The translations under genes and the position numbers were made by a program. Below the pieces are notes generated by a model. It was not told the DNA's origin and made no database searches. It saw only the letters and a list, made by a program, of their open reading frames with translations. Of a DNA stretch of 64,000 nucleotides, positions 1 to 11,899 are shown in pieces (the stretch's first letter is position 1; each line of letters begins with the position of its first letter). The stretch spans positions 2,356,001-2,420,000 of the forward strand of contig JAYWIR010000004.1 of assembly GCA_036172245.1 (NCBI GenBank). Direction: 5' to 3'. The stretch is from Raillietiella orientalis. Its lineage: Eukaryota.

Positions 1-759
1 GCAGATCGGCAAACCCGTTGTTCGAGGAGAAATAGAGAATACAAGGGAGCAGCGAGATGAGAGAAGGAATCTGTTTTCACACAGTCACGCCGGAGCACGC
101 GAAACTCTGACTGCTAGAGTGGAGGGAGAAGGAATGTGACCGACATCCTGGAGGGTCGTTTGCAGTCTCCAGAGCCTATGTGCGAAAGGCAATGAAATGG
201 CCCAATCCAGGAAGTTGGTAGGAGGAAACTTTCAAATGCATGATCTAGCAACCCACGAGCTCACTCCCTCCCCCATTCCGTCGCTTCCCCGACCGAGGTA
301 TGCCCCAGGGAACCAAGTGGAAGACCGTGATGCCCGTCCATCCCATTCCCCTATTTATTGATTTATTTATGTTCCTATTTCTCCTTCCACTTCTCTCTAG
401 TTCTGTTCCATGTGAGGGTACTCCCTTTGGGTTCAAGCTGACGCATGTCGGTCTCTAACTGTTCTGTTTTGATGGATTTATTCATCGCAAGCTAATGGTC
501 CAGCTATCCGCGGTGAGAAGGTCACGCCACTGTAGTGAGGACCATGTTTCGCGAGCGCCCCGCTGTATGTCGTTCAGTGATCAGCTCACCCTACAGGGTA
601 GACGGTACTGTTTTTCCCTCCAAGTGACTCTTGGCTGGTAAAGAGAGGGATTATCCATATTCCTCAGAAGGAGTAACAAGGAGACCCCTTGAGAAGTCTT
701 CGAGCGTGCAGTGACTCCCCTGAGAAAATGGTGAGATCGGTGCTGACGAAGCCCTGACG

Positions 760-3574
760 TGAAAGCCACGTTGGGAACCTTCCGCGAGGCAATGGTCTCC
801 TCGGCCGGCAGAGATGAAGAGATAGATCTGGAAACCAGGGTCTATGTTGCCCAAAGGTTGTGCTTGGGTTGTGCTTGCCGTCACCTTACTCTTAAAAACG
901 AAATAGGACTATTTCGAAACCAGCCAGTACGGAGTTTGTTAAGGAACTCCAACGTCTCGCAGCGCGCCGCGGCAACCACTGAGAAATGACAGTGCTCAGT
1001 AAGGAGATAGAGCTAAGCTACACGAATACAGCGTGGGTCCACCGCCTACTCAAGTCGCCAATATACATAAATGGGAGGAAGGTTTTCTCCACCTCAAAGG
1101 ACCTACTGACGGTGATGCATCTTAGGAGAATTACTGTAGACTTGCCCAAAGACACGATGGTGGCCGAACTATCAAAGTCCAGCACTGTCCGTGCTATGTG
1201 GCTCAAAACAGTTACTAAATGACTTTTTTTTTTGGTAAATATTTTTTTTTACAATGAAATTGTACTGACATCCATATTACACTTGCAAAGATCAAACTTC
1301 ATTCTGATCCAACAGCATCAGCTGACATGGTTTCAATAACTAAATCAGCATGTGCTTTGTTAGCTTCCACAGATATGTGTTCTTACTTACTAGCATCTTC
1401 TCCATTTCCATCTTCTATTGAATGATTAACAGGATCTACATTTGATGTCTGAGATGGATCATCCTGTAGAGTAAAAACTGACGAAAGATCATGAGGTACT
1501 TTCCCTGGGGTTGAGAGAGTAGCTGAAGAGATTGCAGCTGACTGGAGGGAACTTCCACTATTCTTGGATGAAATATTTTGGGGCTGAACTGTTACTCACG
1601 CCCGCCCCAGAGTGACCAAGTGGAATAAAGCAGCGACGTCCTACCTCGAGATGGAGTGTGACGGTGCGAGAGAATCGTGCAGTCCTCAGCGGCTCCCAGG
1701 AAGTAAGTGGTGCTCAGCGAGGAAACGTCGGGGAATCAAAGTCCCCCGACGCGTTGCTGGAGGAAGCATGTGCCGCCAACATTCCCAACTCTCCGGAGCA
1801 CAAGGAGGTGGAGACACTTGGTAAGGTGCACGGCCGCGATGCAGCCAAAAACCCAGATCGGTGCCAGCCCCGTCTGAGGCTGGGCGGTCTCCCCTGCCAC
1901 GTGGGAGAAGGCGTAAAAAAAGCGGCACCTTCCCAGGCAAAAAGTGGAAGGCTGTCTTTGCGCACGATCTGCATGGATACGTGGAAGATCATCGGTGACC
2001 CGTGGAAGGACGCGAAGAGGATTGCGGAATCGCTGAAAACTTCGACCTCGCTCTTCGGCAGGAGGTGAACGAGCGCCCCACACAGATGATTTGAGACATC
2101 TCACGACTATCATAAGGAACCCCTGAAGCGGAAATGCGGCTCCGCATGGAGGGTCGCATTCCTCCTCGATCCGAGCGCAAAACGGGCAGTGTCCCAAGTA
2201 ATGGGGACTCGACTGACCTTGGCGTGGCAAATGTCTACGCACCCTGAGACTTCCAACTCCACCGGAATAGGATGGAGTTTCCTAAGGGATTGAAGCGAGA
2301 CTGGCGGCTCTCGGCGCACGCGGAGAAACTCTCACCTCATAGTAGGGGACTTCAGCATCCGCCTGCACTCAGATGAGGTAGCCCTTCCTGAGTCTGCTCT
2401 GGCAATTCAATGGGTTGTGTGCGGCAGTGGCCCATAAGCAGACGAACCTGGGGTGTCCGACTTTCTTATCACGTGCTCTTCTACAATTACCTCTTCTCAA
2501 GAATGGGAACGACGAAGACGAACACGGTCAGGGTCGAGTTTGGGCTGGTTTCCTCCGGAAGGGATCCTGAAGCGAAGATCTCGAGGATGCCAGAGGGCTG
2601 GATCAGCCACCAGAGAACTCGGGAAGAACTTTGAAGCTTTCTAGAGGACTGCTCCATGCACACAGTAAGAGACCGGGTTCGTTCCAAGGATTTTCGTGCG
2701 TCTTTTCTGTGAATAGCACCCTCCGCATCTTTTACCTTCAGACTTTGCCGAATGGCAAGAGTGCAGGGAAGCTTTCCTGCAAGTCCGCGCTGTAGGCAGG
2801 CAGCCCGATGCGAGACGCTCCTTGTGAGGCGCTATCACAGCGGAGGGACAAACTTGGCATTCGGAAGCTGCAATCCTGCTAAACTCTAAAGGGCAATTGC
2901 ACTCCTTGCCAGAGCACGTACGACGAGAAGCGAGGCAATGTGACTCTCACGAGCGCGCCTCCTGACCAAGATTGCGCAGCGGAGCTGCTGGAGAGGAGAC
3001 CACACGCAGACTGTCGGAGGAGGACCCATGCCGACTTGGCGGGCCATTCGCAACTGGCGAGATTGTTGCCCCTATCGGAGGGCTGAAAGGTAAAACTGCC
3101 CCGGGTGCAGATGGGCTGAGCCCTTTGAGTTTTACAAACTCCTGTTTTACAAACGAGTTGCATAAATTAGTGCTGATTCAGGGGTGGGCCAAGCAGCGCC
3201 TCCTTAGGTCAGCCAAGGTCCGTTTCCTACACGGAGGAGACCCGCACTGACTGAGCAGCTGGCGCCCCCTACACACCCGTTCGGGAATACGGGTGCCAAT
3301 TTGCTCTCCAAGGTGTGGATTGTGCGCGAATAGGAAAGTTGGAGGAATCCACAGGGAACCTGGAACAGACCTAAGCTCCCAGGCCGAACAGTGGATGTCA
3401 TCCTTCTCTGTGCCCGAACCTGGTTCAGGCTGCGGTAAGAAGCCACGGCAGCTTCTAAAAATAGCGCGATCTGCCCCGGGGCACTCGCGTGGGATTCCAC
3501 TGGAGAAACGAGCACTGGCTGTCGCTGTCGACCTTCTTGAGGCTTTCGATTTTCACCCGGATTTCGTCAAGGCA
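760..3574 (+). mobile_element. Degenerate L1/Tx1-like non-LTR retrotransposon copy (ORF1-like region, APE endonuclease, N-terminal RT), interrupted at 1217-1596
   Basis: ORF1/RRM-like VMHLRRITVDLPKDTMVAELSK (~1110-1180); endonuclease-like FDLALRQEV (~2040-2070) and GDF (~2345); RT motifs KTAPGADGLS (~3090-3125) and ALAVAVDLLEAFD (~3510-3550); many stops and frameshifts. Boundaries approximate. Confidence 0.75.
1217..1596 (-). pseudogene. 5'-truncated processed (retro)copy-like fragment of a host mRNA 3' end
   Basis: AT-rich insert. The minus strand reads VTVQPQNISSKNSGSS...DGNGEDASK*EHISVEANKAHADLVIETMSADAVGSE*, then a short UTR and A9/A10 tracts (T runs at 1224-1250). Flanked by direct repeat GTTACT (1211-1216, 1591-1596). 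Parent gene not recognised. Confidence 0.55.
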
Positions 3575-4800
3575 TTTATTGAATAATAAACTTTTACAAA
3601 GACGTGCAGTGGCTGGACCAATGCTCCAGCCACGCACGAAGAAACACAGAGCTTGCAGGGTCAACGGTTCGCAGACCGGTACGGTCCACCAAGGCAGCAG
3701 GGGGAAGGGGAAAAAACAAAAAACTAAACAAAACAAAAGAAAAAGTGGGAGGGTACGGGAAGGGATCACTGTTGCTGCTGGGGCCGTTGCATCCTTTGCA
3801 GGATGCCGGCAAGCTCTTGCTGTATGCTTGGATCCAGGTGGGGCCATCTCCACGCCCTCCTCAGGAATTGGGCGGCGCCCTGGATGGCACCCTTGTCGCG
3901 TGGTCCTCCTGTAGCTGTGCTCCATGCGGCGACGATCCCGCGAAGGCAGCACAAGGCTGCTATCGAGGCCGCGGGCCGAAGGGCGTCGGTAACGAAGAGG
4001 GCTTTTAAAGCGTCCCTGGGGTTGCCGCAGGGGATTCCGATGGCTGTGGCAAAGCGGAATCAAAGGGACCGAAGGGCAACACAATCCACAAGCAGGTGGG
4101 GGAGGGACTCCCGTTCCCCACACCTAACACAATTGGGGTCCACCGCTCCCCAGGTCCAGTGGTGTCGGCGGGCGTTGCAGGGGAGTCCCTAGTGCTGCAA
4201 CAGGAGCTGACTCCTGCCATTTTAAAGGGAGGGTGGAGGTGTTCATAAGTACCGGGGGCCACTTCAAATGTTCAATGGGAACATCGAGCAGCGCGCCCCA
4301 GCGCACAAGTCCATGGGGAGGCTACTCGGGGTCGCAGCGTCTGTTAGCTGGCCCGTCTTCCACTCTCCTATCTTTTTCTCCTTTCCGGAGATTGTCACTG
4401 TAACCTCCCACTTCGCCGCAACATCGCTGTCCTGATCTTCCATTAGGGAGTCCAGCGCAGCAGCGAGGGAGGTTCTTCCTGCCCACGCTCTCTTCTTAGG
4501 ATCCTCCAGGATCTCACGGAGCGTGCAACTTCTGTAACTCCCAAACAGGAACCGTCGTTGCTATTGGGAGCGTTGCATGCCGCACTGTGCCCACGTGCGA
4601 ACGGTTTCCTGCAACCAGGCATTACCGTTCGCGGGGCGACAGGTGATCAATCCATGGTTTCTCCGCGTCAGCGCAGCCACCCTCCGTAGCTGAAGTCCAC
4701 ATTGGTTGACACGGCGGCGGAGTGCAAGAAAGGACGTGAGTCCCGTCTTGCCGGTGGCTTGCTGGAGGGAGAGACATGCAGGGACGCACCAGTAGGTGCA
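3575..4800 (-). mobile_element. 3' end of an L1/Tx1-like element (ORF2 C-terminus, T-rich 3' UTR, stem-loop, AATAAA)
   Basis: C-terminal zinc-binding motif CVRCGERESLPHLLVDC (~4085-4135, with a frameshift); ORF end ELAGILQRMQRPQQQQ* at 3766; T-rich UTR 3705-3760; AATAAA on the minus strand at 3575-3580. 5' boundary uncertain. Confidence 0.75.
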
Positions 4801-4879
4801 CCACAACTCCGGCACAACGGCCATCAAACGGAACTGAAGCTGAAGCTCCAGCCGCTCCAACGTCAGGAGACCGAGACCG

Positions 4880-6600
4880 CCGTCCCGACGCGGAGGCTTA
4901 CGACTGCGTCAATCAGGAGCTCTTTCTCAAGCTGATGGGACGGTTTGGCTTCCAAGCCAGCCACCTGAACGTGCTCCAGCTCGAAACGGTAGTCATCATG
5001 CTTTTCACCAGTCCACCCAAGGCATCAAGGACAGATGAGGACCGAGACAGGCAAGCACCTTGAGCCCGATTCTCTTCAGTCTCTTTGAAGCAAGTCTCTT
5101 TTGACTAGCATGGAACCGACATACTTCATCCTGTCTTCTGTCCAACTCCCATGGCATGCTTAGTGTGACTGCCTTTGCCGAAGACTTACTCTTCCTGTTG
5201 CCTGCGAGGACCTTGGCAGTTTCATTGGAAGTGTTATTCGAGTTCATTCAAAGAGGTACTGGCGTCCGGATGAACAGGTAGAAGTCGAAAATCGTTGCTT
5301 TCGGTTTGATAGCGCATGCGGACTCGTCTTTGTCGGGATTTCCCGTGGGAGAGCCTCTACCTCACGTGAAGGTACCCGCGGTTTGGTTTCCCTCGAAGAA
5401 GGTCTGGTCTGTTTGCTCGGAAGCGTGCGCAATATGACCTGGTCCTCTTTCCCGATATCAAGCTGTGGCTCTCCAAGGAGAGCAACTGCATCGAACATCT
5501 CTGTCGAGTCCCCCTTCTCTTAGAAACAAAGCAGATCCCTCGGCTCGGGACTCTTTTTTGTGCACTCTGGCGACTGTTGGATGCCTCGCCAAGTCACCAG
5601 CGTAGTGCCCCAAGCGCTACGGGGCGCCGGCATACCCAAAGTGCGATGGAATGGCTTGGTCCCCCCTCTCCAGGAAGCAGACCTGAACTTTTTTTCCTGC
5701 TGAACGGATGCAGATGCAAGCATCGTTTCGGAGACCGGCCTTAATGCAGAGGTTGTGGGATGCTCATGAGTGTTTCTCTTCGTGCATTCCCATGATAAAT
5801 GTAAGGGTTTGCGTCCATCCTCTCACCCAACCTCAGGTGAGGGATAGGTCTGTGTTACCCGCCTCGCACAGTTGCGTTGCTGCTGAAGAAGCACGACTCG
5901 ACATCCTGTGTGCAGACGTGATTCCTCTACAGGCAGGATGTCCAGTCGTGCTGGAAATGCGGGTCACACCTGGAAAATCCCCCCTCGCTTCCCCCCTTTC
6001 GTAACTATGTCATGAAATTCCTGGAGAAACGCTCTCTGGGCACGATTCTCGGAGATGCTTACCTGTTTCTCAGAATCCAATGCAAGGCAATCCCGGGAGC
6101 CATGCGCTTTTCAGCACACATTCATGGGAAGAGGAGGAGGCGGACAGACTCATGTGGCATGGAAGCAAGCGAGGTCATGTGACACACTCATGTGACAGCC
6201 GAGCAGGCAGGCCACCAGTCATGCCACTGGTGGCCTGCCTGCTCGCTGAGGTCGCCAAACCCATTGCCCACTGGAAAACGTGTCGGCTGCGAGCTGCAAA
6301 CCTGGAGAAGCGCACATAGCAGATCCTTCGGGGCAGCAGTATCGGGGAACGGGAATGCTTCACAGTGCGCGTCTTGCCCTGACCCAGCCTTTCTTATTTA
6401 AAGAGCACGTGTGGAGGTATCTCCACTCCACACATCGCAGTGGGTGCGCTCCTCGGGGTGCTCTCATTGCTGAGGAGAGGTGGTGTTCCTCATTATGGGG
6501 GAGAACCGATGTGTCTTCAGCCAGATCTTTCCATAGGCATGGCTTCGGTCGCAAACTGTATTTGTTTTTATTTTTTTTGTTCGTACTAAATAGGTGGTCC
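4880..6600 (+). mobile_element. Degenerate L1/Tx1-like RT and C-terminal fragment
   Basis: AEAYDCVNQELFLKLM (KAFD-like, ~4890-4935), LSPILFSL (~5060-5085) and VTAFAEDLLFL (YADD-like, ~5165-5200). Confidence 0.65.
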
Positions 6601-6749
6601 GGCTGCCAGGATGAGAAGGTCGCATCGGGGATTTTTTTTCCTTAAAAACATACGTACAAGAGTCATACAAATAGATGGTTCCTTCGTAGTGGAGTTACGA
6701 ACGTGTCCCATCGCGAAGCAGTTTGCCCGTAGAGATCCACACAGGGGGA

Positions 6750-7330
6750 ACAAATAAGAAGCTAAAAAAAAAAAACCGAAGTTAGAAAGAAGAAACTGTC
6801 TTTGAAAACTGTGGAGGGGTAAGAGACAGGGTCACAATAACCTCCCTGATGTCTTCTTCATCTTGCCCAGGGTGCTGGCAAGTTCCTCTTTAAAATGCAG
6901 GAGGTGAGGTCAGGAAATATGACACGATAGGGATGAGGTTCCTGTTAGTTTGACCTCTTTAGGAGTATCTTCTCGCCGCTACGACTCGGTGGGGGAAGCA
7001 CAGAGCTGCGATTGCCTCAGCAGCCGACATGGGGACACACATGCGTTTCAGCAAGTCCTTCGGGTTGTCCATCGGGAATTGCAGGACCGTGGCAAAACGT
7101 TCCCACGTTGATGCGGGAAAGGGAAACGCGACTAACATATGCGGGAAGGTGTGAGCTTCGCCGCACAACGTGAAGTGTGGCAGGGCTCAGGGCCACACTT
7201 CTGGTCCAGTGGTCTCGGAGAGCTCCGACAGTGCAGACGTGTTTTTCTTTCGCTGCGCTTGAAGAAAGACTTGCTTACTGATTGTTTTTTCTTTAATAGT
7301 TTCAAGTAAATCTAGTATGAGGGGTAGCGG
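6750..7330 (-). mobile_element. L1/Tx1-like ORF2 C-terminal fragment
   Basis: PHFTLCGEAHTFPHMLVA (7130-7180) is homologous to the C-terminal Zn motif seen in the other copies. Confidence 0.55.
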
Positions 7331-8899
7331 TGTTTCTTGGCAGATATGCTGGCAAACACCGTCAACGAGGAAAGGATGAAGTGGAAACTTCATCATCCCT
7401 TCCTATGGAGACGGAGGCAGCAGCGTCCGAAGACTCGTCTCCTGGATACGGGAGGACTTGGGACTTGGAGTCAAGTGGAGGAAGCAGCGATGCCCACCAC
7501 ACCATTAAGCGATGCCCATTAGTCCTGCTAGCCGTGGCAGAAGCTACAGCTAGCAGGACTACAGACTGGGACTACGACATATAAGATAGGCCGTTTTGTT
7601 CTTGCATCGGTTGCGCGCTCTTTTGCGGAAGGGCCCTACAGGCTTAATGTAGAAAAGTCAGAATTGCAAGATCTCTCAGTGGTGAGTGGAGGACAACTAG
7701 TTGTGCTTCTCACAAGGATCTAGGACCATCTTAAAGACTCCTAAGGCTTCTGAATGCTCCATTAGTATCGGGAGCAGAAGGCTTCTGTTAGTCACGGCGG
7801 ACCACTCGAAGGATTACACTGCGGATGGACGAGAAGCCCTCTTCCAGTTACACGAGTGTGCGGAGGTGCAGGAATTATAATCAAAGCCAAATGTGCTCCC
7901 GGGATTTGTTCAAGAGAAATCTGTTCTAAGGCAATTCAATGGCTTGGCTGCAGCGCGCGTAATCCCACACGAGGGCAAACGACTTGCAGCTTCCCTATTG
8001 CAAACGGGTTCAGAATGCGTCGACTTGTGGTTTCCGGGGAAACCGAATGAGGTAACTGTAATAAGACGGGACACCTGAAGAGAAGATGTCTTGAAATTCA
8101 GTGTTACTCCCGCGAACAATTGAGAAACACGCAATTAGTGTGCTTGAAAAGAAATATCCGAATTTTCTCCGCCGCGGGAACAAGAACAAAGAAGAAAAAA
8201 GTAAACCCGGATGGGAAAACCAGCAAGGATCGACGAGCCAAACAACGAACAGGATCTGAGTCAACCCTCAAACCCTGCGAATTTCGCTTACTATCTCTCG
8301 TCTGGGGAAAGATGTAGGTGCCGAGAAGGCGGATGACACCCTGGTTGTGAATAAGGAAGAAAAAGGAAAGCCAACGCTCACCACCACGACTATGGACAGC
8401 GGAAGGAGCAGATAAGATCGTGCCAGGTAACACTCAAGCGCATTATCGCGATCCAGGTTTATCATCCGGTCACCCCAGAGCGTTTCTTCAGAACGACAAA
8501 CAAGTTGGAAACATGGTTTCGAAGGGAAAACAAAAAGAATTCCAAGGGGAAGGTTCGTCGGTACGCAGGTTCCATCGCTCTGAAAGCTAGGAATGTGTCG
8601 AAGGGGATAATAAATAAACAAATAAATAAAGGGAGGGTGGGGACAGTGGTCTCTGGCTTCTGCCTTCCTTCGTCCTAGAACCAGTGCAGGATTCCAGCGA
8701 CTTCGTCTTGACTTTCTCTTTTACGTGAGGCCACCTAGCAGCCGTCCTCATATGGACGGTGGCTGCCAAGCGAATGGCCTCTCTTCGCTGCTCCTGAGAT
8801 TCCAGCACAGCTAACTGTGACGATGGCGTGGATGCAACATATCGTTGCAATCACGGCGTCTGTACCGAGAGCCAGGTGGACGTTACGCTTGTAGATTCC

Positions 8900-9800
8900 C
8901 GGCAGTAACGCGCAAAATCCCGTCCTCCCGTCGCTTGCGCGTGAATGGACTGCGTGACGACGAGAAAAGGCGTGATGCAGCCCACACCCTGCGAAACTTC
9001 GATTTGGCGCTCCTCCAAGAGATCCACGTGATCTCGGACGAGGATGCCGCCGATTTCGAAAGAATTGAGGGCGGAAAGCTGCATTGGCGGTGTGACACCC
9101 GTCGCTCGAGAGTGGTGGCCTCCCTGATGATGACAACCATCATGAGCACGGTGTATAGCGTGCGGTTCGACGCAAAAGGTCGGGTCGGCCAGCTTGTGCT
9201 CAAGTGGTCCGACTCGATCGACCTCGTGGTCACCAACGTCTACGCGCCAAGCGGCTCCCACCTGCACAGGGGGCATAAAACTTATTCAACTGCCTGCAGC
9301 GCAGATGACTGGCTGAGGCGAGCGTGTGCAATGTCTACCTAAGTGCAGGAGACTTCAACATGCGCCTGTTTTCAGGTGGGAACATCGCCGAACTCCACCG
9401 CGTCAACGAGCTGTGCGTATTCGTGCGCGCGCAGAGTTTGTTTGACGGCGACCAGGGGATGGAAAACAGCATCAACCACGTCTTCCTCGACGAGCACCTG
9501 CACACGCAGGTGGGTCGCAGAATCAGGATGCCGTCGGAGCTGTCGAATCACCACCAAATTGAGATGGAAGTGCTGCCACGCTAGAAAAACATCTCGCTCT
9601 CCGCGTGGCGTATACCGGGAGACTGGATGTGTCTCCCCGAGGCTGCGGACCACCTTCTTAGCTTCCTACGAGGAGCAGGAGTGCAGCAACTAGAGAACTG
9701 GGACGCTGTCAAGCACTCGGTCCGTAAGTTCTGCAAAAGATTCTCGGTAGACTGCCTTCCCACCGGTTTCGCTGATGCCACCCGGATATGCCGGGACGTT
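8900..9800 (+). mobile_element. APE-type endonuclease domain of an L1/Tx1-like element (frameshifted)
   Basis: VNGLRDDEKRR...FDLALLQEIH (8941-9030), VTNVYAP (~9230-9250), AGDFN (~9345-9360) and NHVFL...SNHH (SDH-like, ~9475-9555): canonical APE motif order. Confidence 0.85.
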
Positions 9801-9859
9801 CATTCAAACTCTTCCAGAAGTCATGACAAAACGTGGTACAAGCTCCCACTAACGGCCAA

Positions 9860-11600
9860 CACTTAACAGGACCTGCCGGGACGCCGAGACTCAGACCAGC
9901 GTGACTCTCCTCGGCAGTGGAAAAGGATGGGAAAAAAACAAAAAGAAAAATAAAACAAAACAAAACAAAAAGCTTGGAGGGCCGTGAAGGGATCACTGAC
10001 CACTAAGAGGAGGGTCCATCCTTTGCAGGATGCCTTCGAGGTCCTTCTTTATTCCACCCAGGTGGGGCCATCCGGTAGCTCTCTGCAGGAAGCGAACAGC
10101 ATACGGGATGACGTCCCTCTCGTTGGCATCTTCATCTTCGGATTCACTCCAGGCCGCCACAATCCCACGGATGCAGCAAAGTGCTCCCAGGGCTGCGTCT
10201 GGCTGCAGGGCGTCACACGCGAAGAGGAGGCAGTAAACGTCTTTGGGGTTGTCGCCAACCGGCAAACTACCGTCGTCCCGAAGCGTTCACACAGGGGCCT
10301 GAGGTCAGGATAGTCAACTATCAGGTGGAGGAGGGACTCCCGCTCCCTGCACCTGACACACTCAGGATGTACTCTCCCCCACGTCCAATGGAAGCGGTGC
10401 GCGTTGCAGGGTAGACCCCAATGCAACAGCAGAAGCGCCGACTCTTGCCACTTCAGGGGAAGAATCCTGGATCCGTTTAACACTGGGGGCCACTTCAGAT
10501 CATCCATCTGGATGCCGAACACCTCGCCCCATCTCAGAAGTCAACGCGGAAAAACACTCGGGACCGTGGCATCTGCTAGCTCTCCCATGGTCCAGCAGCT
10601 CATCATCTTCTCTCTGCATGCGATACTGCAAGAGAATTGCCACCTCGGCGTCCGGCTGCTGTAAAGCGCCCTTGTCAGAAAGGGCATCGCCGTAGCTAGG
10701 GGGGTTGTCTCAGCTCACGTTATGCTCGCGGGATACTCCAGTATCTTCCGCAGGGTGTGGTGGGCGTAGAAGCCGCTTCGCAGGCAGTTCCACGTCTCGT
10801 GGCTCCTCTCGTTTAACTTCGCTCATGTGCCAGCACACTCCTCCAGCCAGGCGTAGGAGTTGGCGGGGCTGCAGACCATCCAGCCGTTCTTCCTTGCCAG
10901 GATGGCCATGCGTCCCAGGAGAAGGCCGCATCTTCTGATCTTCCGGCCGGGGCACAGAAGATAAGACGCGAGTCCTTGCATCCTGGAGACACGGTTGGCT
11001 AGGAGGCGGGCTGGAACGCACCAAGGTGTGCTCCACAACTTCTCTGCGATGGCCATGGTGCGCCGTCGCAGCTGGATTTCCAAGCGCTTCAGCGTTAGGA
11101 GGCCAAGACCGCTGTCCCGACGCGGAGCGCACAAGTCCTTCAGAGGCACTCGGGGCTTCCCGTTTTCCCACAGGGCGATGCGGAGGAGGTCCTTTGTCCT
11201 CTTTTTCAACTGGAGGGGAACGGGCAAACAAAAAGCAGGGGGCGGAGGATGGGAGCGACGAACGCGTTCCACACCGCGGCCCGTTCCGGCAGGAGGAACT
11301 TGCCTTCCAGGAACGGGCCGATCGCCAACTCTACCTTCTGGAGACGACCTGACCAGGTTTCTGACGGGCAGAAGTCCCCCAACGGAACACCCAGGTACTT
11401 CAGGTATCTGGCCGTGGGGATCCCCAAGCGGATCTAGTCAGGCCGTCCAACCCACGTCGCACCAACCACCACCACCGACGACTTTGCCTTGTTCACCCGC
11501 AGTCCCGTCCCGCGGCTTAGCAGATCGAAGAAATCCTCGACTGCCGCTGCCGGGGCGGACATGGTATACAAGAGCAGAAGGTCGTTGGCTGGATTCGCTA
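9860..11600 (-). mobile_element. L1/Tx1-like element, RT thumb to 3' UTR
   Basis: GLRVNKAKS, YLKYLGVPL, SGLGLL, HPECVRCRERESLLHLIVD and ORF end LEGILQRMDPPLSGQ* at 9993, then a T-rich UTR (9930-9972). Confidence 0.85.
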
Positions 11601-11899
11601 AGGGCCTGCGGAGCGAGTGGGCTTTCTTGCAGGCGCGGATATGGCAAAGACGGCCAGACGTACGTCGACTGGCGGAATTTCGAGCAGGGGCCGAACGCCA
11701 GGCCTGGCAGTCGGCTCGGCTATCTTGTTGGACGAAAGCAGCCAGGAATGCTCGGCCCCACCGCAGGTAAAGCTCATCGTGTGCAGTTACTACTACTCCC
11801 TTCACGCAAAGACACCACGAGAGCGCGACTTCTCGTGACGCCTGCTGCCATAAGGTGCACCAGCGTTAGGGGAGGAGGCGCGGTAGCGGCTCGCAGAAT

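Noticed and set aside
743..764. Hammerhead-like core CTGACGA...GAAA inside the retroelement
   Set aside because: The intervening bases cannot form stem II, and no convincing stems I/III are present.
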